Part shown: positions 55,554-64,000 of the stretch, in pieces | How positions within the stretch are numbered: position 1 is the stretch's first letter | How the letters are laid out: every line of letters begins with the position of its first letter | The notes under the pieces: generated by a model | The model's input: only the letters and a program-made list of their open reading frames with translations | The model's database searches: none | Told to the model about the DNA's origin: nothing | From: Felis catus | Taxonomy: Eukaryota | Reading direction: 5' to 3' | Assembly: GCF_018350175.1 (NCBI RefSeq) | Contig: NC_058368.1 | Coordinates: 202,742,001 to 202,806,000 of the forward strand | Length of the DNA: 64,000 nt | Position numbers and translations under genes: made by a program

Positions 55554-56647
55554 AACACTCCACAATATTATTTATTAAATTTATAACATGTTACCAGCAT
55601 GAACAACAGCATAACTGGTTGTTTAGGTGGCATTTCCTAAAATTCTGTCTTCCCAGATTGGTTCAGATGTGTTTCTAAATACTTCCAGAATGCCCACAGT
55701 CTGTATTGTTGTTCTTACCAGATTGCATTTAAATGAACTCTTAATTAAGATTAACTCTTTTTTTTAACCATCATCGTATAAGTAACACAAAAGTAGACAT
55801 TATGTTTGATTCATATTTCTAGCCTTAACATCAAGTACATAATCCCTACCACATAATTTATTCACAATGTTTATCAACATGAACTGACCTTATTGAAGAG
55901 TGTGAATTTAGACCCCTTTCATCCTTACGTTAGGAAACTGTGCGTTTCAGAAATACTTCTGCCATTTCTTTTTTCAAATTGGTTACCTTGAAACTAAATT
56001 TTTTAATTGTTTCTGGGTTTTTTTTAGATCAAAGTCTATAGAGTTTAATTAATAAACTTGGGGAAATGAAATAGAAAATTACCACTTATAGATCTATTTA
56101 ACTAGCAAATAAGGGAATCCGGATTTGCAAATGTTTGCTTACCACATTTTGGAAATCTAATTCTCAAGAAAGAATTCTTCTGAGAAACTCTTGAAATAGA
56201 AAGCCACACTATTCCTTTGGTATATACCTTTTTACACTGATCTCACTGGGAATATGCCAACAACATAAGGCACGCCTGAAACACATCCATCTGAACCCGT
56301 GGTCATTTTTCTTGATCATAGGACTTTCTAGACCAATGCTCGGGTTCATTTTGGTTTCTGTCTATATGTTATGATCTGCTTTTTGCCTTCCAAACTTTAT
56401 AAAAATCTTGTCTGATTACAGTTTTTTCCAATACTTAACTCCACCGTGAATTTATGATTCCATTTTCTACACTTTTATCATTTCAGATGCATTGGAAGGA
56501 CAGCTGAGGGATAGATAAATCTGTTTCAGCTTTCCATTTGAACTAAAAACTTTAATTGTTTAAAAAACAATATTATTTTAAGGTTGCATATTATTAATTG
56601 GATATTTTTGTCACGAGGAATTTACTGATAAAAGAGAAAATGCTGCC

Positions 56648-56864
56648 GGGGTGCCTGTGTGCCTCAGTCAGTTAAGCGTCTGACTTCAGCTCAGGTCATG
56701 ATCTCACAGCTTGTGAGTTCAAGCCCTGTGTTGGGCTCTGTGCTGACAGCTCAGAGCCTGAAGGCTGCTTTGGATTCTGTGTCTCCCTCTCTGTCTGCTC
56801 CTCCCCCGCTCACACTCTGTCTCTCTCTCTCAACAATAAATACCCAATAAAAAAAAATTTTTTT
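56648..56864 (+). mobile_element. Can-SINE just upstream of exon 7
   Basis: TSD agaaaatgctgcc. Confidence 0.95.
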
Positions 56865-56952
56865 AAAGAAAATGCTGCCAATCATTGCTTGATCACACCA
56901 TGAGGCTTTTTTTTTTTAATTGTAGGTCTCAGTGGTCTTGGAAAGAAAATGA

Positions 56953-57186
<234 letters not shown>

Positions 57187-59399
57187 TAGGTTATACTCTA
57201 GTGGACTGATATGTGTTTGCAGTTGTAAATCCTAAATGCTATCATAGGTTGCCTTTTAATTAGCATAGAAATAGCAGTTAGCTCTAGCCCTATTTCTACT
57301 ATCTAACTTTCTCTTCTTAAGTGTTCTGGATTTATTTAATCATCTCTATTTTTACTAGCTGCTCAGTCTGATTTCCCCAGTGATGCCAATACAATTTGAA
57401 TCTTCAGGTAAAAAGCAATGATAAAATTTTAGGTAGCACTAAAATAGAACTAAAATTATAATAGTATGAGTCTATATTACAAACCAAATTTTGCTACAAG
57501 GTTTTTAAAAATTTTTTACGTATCACCTTTACACTTTTATCTATATATTGAGAACTGAAAACTTGTGTGTTTTAATTGTCTCAGTAGAAGCTTCTTGAAA
57601 TGTTTGTAATACAGACTCAAGCAGGAAAAACCTTGATAGAAATGCCCTACATAGATGCTTTACTTTGTAAACATTGACTTAAAGTCTTCTCTGCTCTCAA
57701 ATAAGAATATATAAATTAGACTTTACTAGTTACACTAGTTTAAAGGTTTGAATAATTGCTATAGTAAAGTTAAATCAGATTGGCTTGCTATTAGCTTCCT
57801 AAAATATGCTGGAACATTCTGATATCAGAAGGTAGTAAGCATTTACTCTCTACACCTAAATCCTCTTCCCCCACCCTACCCTGCCCTGCCCCCGCTTCAC
57901 TCTACTCAATTTTCATAATCTATACAATTTTCAGTATAGATATCATTTCCCTGTAGAAATCTCCCCTGACCTCCCACCGCTACGCGGCTGAATATCCTAG
58001 GTATGTTCTCCCATCCCCGCCTAGGAATTTCCTCCTTCACAATACTGCCTTTATTATTGTAATTGCTCTAACAATGCTAAGATTTGTGAATGTAGAGAAC
58101 ATGTCTAATTCACTGTTACATTCACAGTACCTAGTACACAAGGAATATTCTTGAAGAGAGGTGGTAGGGAGGGATGAAGGAATCCGTGATCTCAAAGGTG
58201 ATGGGGTTGGGATCACTTGGAAGTAAACAGGTGCTTCATTCTCATTAAAGGTAAGGCTTTTTGAAGGATGTAGTCTTATGTCAGCTTTTCTTCCGCACAT
58301 TATGTCTTTCTTTCCTTCTATATAAGTGGGATGACAGAGGCATAAGAGTCTGAAATTAGGTTAGGAGAAGTAAAGGTAGTATTTGGACATTATCGTTAGA
58401 CAAAACACACATAGCAGAAATTCATATTGACAACTCAGACCCGTAACAGGACACAGTGTGGAGAGAGACAGTGCCCATAAAAGTGGGTATTCCTGAAAGC
58501 ATCTTTACTTCATTTGAAAATACCCTTTTTGTGGTTTGTGACTGCTCACGGTAGAGCGAGAGACTGATATCTGAGCACATGAGGTTTTTCCTAAGCCAGC
58601 TAGACATCTTTAGAGAAAGCAATAAATCACTATATTTTAATAGAGAATTTCTGTTAATCTGCGACAGCTTCACTTTCATCTCACTTATTCCAACTAATTT
58701 GTATAAGAAAGTTTGCAGTCAATAATATAGGCAATAAAATTGCTAATAAGCACCAAGCCATTGCAGTTTTGATCCTTATAAAATTCTAACAGTACATTAA
58801 AAAGTAGAGTATTTGTCTATAAGTTCACAGATAGTAACATTACAAAACGTTGACTATTCACATGATGACAAAGAAATATTTCCCTTTTCCATTTTGTGGC
58901 AATTGCTTATAAATGTACACCATATGTAGTTAAGACAATATGCCAAATAAGCATTATATTTATTACCAATATAGGAGTTTTTGCTCTTTAGAAAATTAGA
59001 ACAATTCTGTAAGGAGAGACAAGTATTTATTTTGGCAATCATTTAAAATGATAGTTTTCCAGCAGCCAAGTAAATTATAACACATATTTCCATTAAAAAA
59101 TAGTCCTTCTAACTCTAACTTTATTTAGCAATATGGCAAAGCGGATTCACTGTTCAGTTATGATATTTATTTGGGTATTATTTTCTCAGTGATGTCACCA
59201 AAAGTTACTGATTTTCCCCTCTTCATCTAATTTTGATTCTATTGATAGTCTGCTAGGGAATGTCTCCTTACTGCAAAGCACTCTAAGGACAATGGCAGGA
59301 AGGAGAGGTAATGCTTACTGAGGTCCTCAAGGGAACTGAAAGCTTGCCATACACTGTCCCCTTAATCCTCACAAAGACACTTCAGAAAAGGAAAGATTA

Positions 59400-59750
59400 C
59401 GAAGTGGTTCTCAGCCTGGCTGTACATAAAACTCCTTTGAGGAAATTTGCTTTTAAAGTACTGAAGTCTGCCCCCATGTCTGGCTATTCTGATTTAATTG
59501 GTAGGGTACAGATGAAAATCATTATGTTTTAAAGGTCCAGGGATGAGAAAAATATGGATGTACGCACTGGCATGGGCACTGGTCAAAAGCAAAGGACTTG
59601 CAACAGTGTGCCTGAAACTTGCCCATGAGAATCACCTAAAGATCTTAGTAAAACGCAGCATCTTGTTCAGCAAGATGGGGCTTGAGAGACAGCTTTTCTA
59701 GAAAGAGCTCACATTGACACAGGTGCGGCTGGTTCGTTGTCCGTGGTAAG
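59400..59750. mobile_element. Two MER5-like hAT relics
   Basis: gtggttctcagcctggctgtacat...ttctgatttaattgg and gaatcacctaaagatcttagtaaaacgcag motifs. Confidence 0.6.
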
Positions 59751-60304
59751 GATCTACAATCAGATTTGCTGTTTTCCTTCCCCAGTCAGGTTACTTACTA
59801 GTCATGTTTTCCTGGACACTGTTCTTAACCTTCCCATATCCCATTCTCCTTTTGGGTGAAATCGCATTGTAAACACAGCTACTTGCAAGAGTTGAGGATT
59901 AAATAAAATACATCCACCTAAGGCCTTTTGTAGAGTACCTGCCATAGTGTGCGTGTCTATTGTCCTTTCTTGACAAAGTAGCTTTAAACTGACGTTTTGC
60001 TTCCAGACCCGTCCTGGTCCACATGCCCTTTCTTTTGCCACTCTTCAAAGTAGCCCTCGCGTCAGATATCTCCCTTTCTTCTGTAAGGTGGTTTTTGCCA
60101 GATTACAGGCTTCTCGACTTGACTCGCAGAAGGTAAGATTTCCCAGAGAGCTACAGGAAGTGAGAAGGGCAGGAGCCATCTTTTTGTCTGGCTCTGAAGG
60201 TGAGTACCTGGCTTTTAAGCCTCTTCCAGGAAACACTGGCATACTTCCGCTTTCCGGAGCCACTCTCACTTGGGCTTGTCATCAGTCATTTGTAGGCCTT
60301 CTAA

Positions 60305-61213
<909 letters not shown>

Positions 61214-64000
61214 TCCCTGCTGATTGTCAAAGCAGAAAGAAAGACTCCGATAAACTGAGAATGTTCTCAGAAATTATTTTCTTCTATCTCCTGATAGATT
61301 CCTATAGCCTACTATGAAGAGATATTTTAGACAGCTCTGGCCTACATGCAAAATGTAAAATATATAAATATATATCTACTATTCAATATCTATCTAAATT
61401 CCCAAGAGAGGTTCAAAAGACCTGTTTAGCATTCAGTGTTATATGTCTTCCTTTCTTTAAATCATTAAAGGATTTAAAATGTTGTTGTAAGATCATTTAT
61501 TTTTAACCAACTTTTACCGAATTCCTTTGATATATGTATTTCTCTATTTTATGAAGAGTTCTTGGATTCAATGGAAACAAAACTCTGATTTTAAAAAGGC
61601 AACTCAAGTGAGCCACTGAATAGCACCAACCAAATCTTCTTTCATTAGCTGTGTCTCTGCATCTAAATTGTTAATCATGAATTACGGAGGATTGAATGGC
61701 AAATCCCACTTTATAGATCTAAATTGTATTTTGGTGCTTTCAATTTTGAATTAGGTTAGATCACGTGGTATGCTCGGCCACGGCTGGAGACTAGCCTCGC
61801 CACTGTCCCGAGTATCTCTAACCTCAAACACATCCATTGATCTTTCAGAAAGCTGAGGGGATATTTGTTTTCGTGTGTTACCGGACTTTTACCAAGACTC
61901 AATCAATGTTAGCTGTAAATAACTTTTTCAACCCAAATAAAAATAGCTCTTCTGTGTTGTATGAAGGTAAAAGTCATCACTTAAGAATTTAGTTTTATTG
62001 CTTCACTTCAAAACTTAGAGTTTTAAATTTTACAAAACCTAACTGTGACAGTTATTCAACTGTAATGCAATGGCTTGAAACCTACAATATTATTTTAACC
62101 TGCAATGTTTTATGCAAAATTGTATGCTCAATTCTACAAATTGCTTGTATTACACCAAAAATCATTACTTTTCTTCCTTCTTGCCATAATCAAGCATCTG
62201 AAAATAGTCCCTGCATGCTTTTTTGGAAAAACAAAATAGGTTCAGATCAGTCACTGTAGGGAGAGGCTTACAGTATTTCTCATTTCTAGAAAAGTATAAC
62301 CATTCATTAATTGCCTATCTTAAAATTCCTATAAGGCTGACTTGGATCTCTGACTTAAGTCTAGAAGTGAGGTTTTCACTTTCATTTAATATTATTACTA
62401 TCGTTTAAATAATGATTTGTAAACCACAGCTTGATTTGGAGTTGCCAGTGTGTTCTGTGTCTTCACTGTTGGTAGGTAGTAGTTAACCCTGGGGTTAATT
62501 TAAATTAACTAAATACACTATAGCCTCCTGTCTGGGAACACACACTTTGTTCTATGTATATTGTAATAAAATGGTTAGCAAATCTTAAGGCATGTGGTGA
62601 CTAACATAGCCCTTAGGTAGGAGGTTTGTTATTTTGAACGTGCTGGAAAACGTATGGACGTGATGACAGAATGCAGGGGGCAAACTGAATGTGAGCATTG
62701 TTTGTTCGTTCGTCTGTTTCCTTAACTCTCCATGATCTGTGAACATCTGCTTCTTCTCAAAGAAGTCCCTTAGTAATTATTTGTGCCTAATGCATCCCAC
62801 GAATGTGGTGGATGACTGGAACACAATCGGAAGATTCCTAATAACCGACTTCTGTAAATAACCCAAGAGAATGACCTGACGTGGAGGTCTTCAGTATCTC
62901 TGACACTGGCGATACGTTAAAGAAGAACTGAACAAAGATCACACGAGAAATGGGGCAGGGCCTCCAGATAGACTTGAGGACAGAAAACAAAACGAAGCAA
63001 AAACTCTAAAATGGATCCATGCTGCCTGTTATGCCTTTTACGATTATAATACCTATAATACCAAAATGAGTTGTTATGTTTCATTTCTAACAGATCCCAG
63101 CTTGTGTGGAAGTACTCAACAATGCTAGTCAATGTAATGTTGTCATTAACATGCTGGTGACATCTGATGGCGGGTCAGGAGCGGTATAAGAAGGGGATTG
63201 TTCCGTCTACCTAGATCCTATGGGAAAGCTGCAAGACCATTTACATATCAGTACAAAACTCCTTTATTTTATTAAAATATTGAGAATTCACTTCAATTTA
63301 TTAAGATCATGTATTGGTCCTTTAAATTATTAAAGGTTTACATTTGATAGCACTAATGGGTTTGGTAGTGAAATATTTTTATATATATAAATTTTTGGTT
63401 TTTTATTTTGAGCACTATTGGGAAACATAAGCAAAATTGAATTGCATGGTCTTTCAGTGCAACCATAAAATTTTTATTCACTTTGTAACAGAATGGACAA
63501 AAACACACTAAGGTTTATATGTTAAACTCATAAAATGGTACAGGGTAAATTATATACATATATATGTATGAATATATATGCTTAGATTAAGAAAACAAAT
63601 TGACTCACATTCCTGTAATATAAAAGTCCATTGCTAGTTGAAAAGTGACCTCTTTTCTCTGTACATAGTTAAGCCCGTAAGTATGGAGTTTTAATCTGTA
63701 CAGAAAGAAATGTATTATTGAAAAGATTGGTCTTTCTGCGGCTGGGAAAATAGTAGAGTAGCTGATTCTTACAACAACTGTATGATCAGGGATGAATTAG
63801 AGTATTTCTTTTGTCTTTGCTCAAAGCCATACATATATAAATATATATAAAGATTATTAATAAATTCAACAGAAAATAAACTAAAATCATGAATATTTTA
63901 TTTTATCAATATGCTCTAACCAAACATTTTGTTTTATTAATGAGTACAGATTTGCCTCTTTCTACCTTTACATCGTAAGATTTCCAAGAGGGCTTATACT
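61214..64000 (+). other. HCN1: HCN1 3' UTR (probably extends beyond the window in the long isoform)
   Basis: AU-rich sequence directly after the stop codon with no recognisable transposon, unlike the introns. Contains several AATAAA/ATTAAA hexamers. Confidence 0.75.
61936..61941 (+). promoter_or_regulatory. Candidate proximal polyadenylation signal AATAAA
   Basis: AATAAA with an upstream TGTA (61914) and a downstream GT-rich tract (tctgtgttgtatg). Confidence 0.4.

Overview
AT-rich mammalian genomic DNA, not prokaryotic. The Can-SINE (SINEC_Fc-type) and L1 3'-UTR sequences point to a carnivore, most likely a felid. The window holds the 3' end of HCN1 (hyperpolarization-activated cyclic-nucleotide-gated channel 1) on the + strand. 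Three coding exons have canonical AG/GT boundaries: 12933-13173, 56984-57148 and 60330-61213. They correspond to human exons 6-8 and encode the end of the C-linker, the CNBD and the distal C-terminus ending in the -SNL motif. About 2.8 kb of 3' UTR follows. The rest is intron filled with SINEs, nested L1 fragments, MaLR/ERVL LTRs, MER DNA-transposon relics, MIR/L2 remnants and microsatellites. Nearly all short ORFs in the track are repeat-derived or chance. I found no convincing new multi-gene system. The best second-look items are: a textbook twin-primed (5'-inverted) L1; a 63-bp polyadenylated micro-retrocopy with its own TSD; an unassigned ~660-bp solo LTR with 17-bp periodic repeats; a 53-bp segment copied 1 kb away next to a SINE tail; inverted SINEs flanking exon 6; and a possible 31-nt cryptic exon that would enter a long alternative frame of the last exon. 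Repeat family names come from recalled consensus sequences, and the boundaries of old repeats are approximate.
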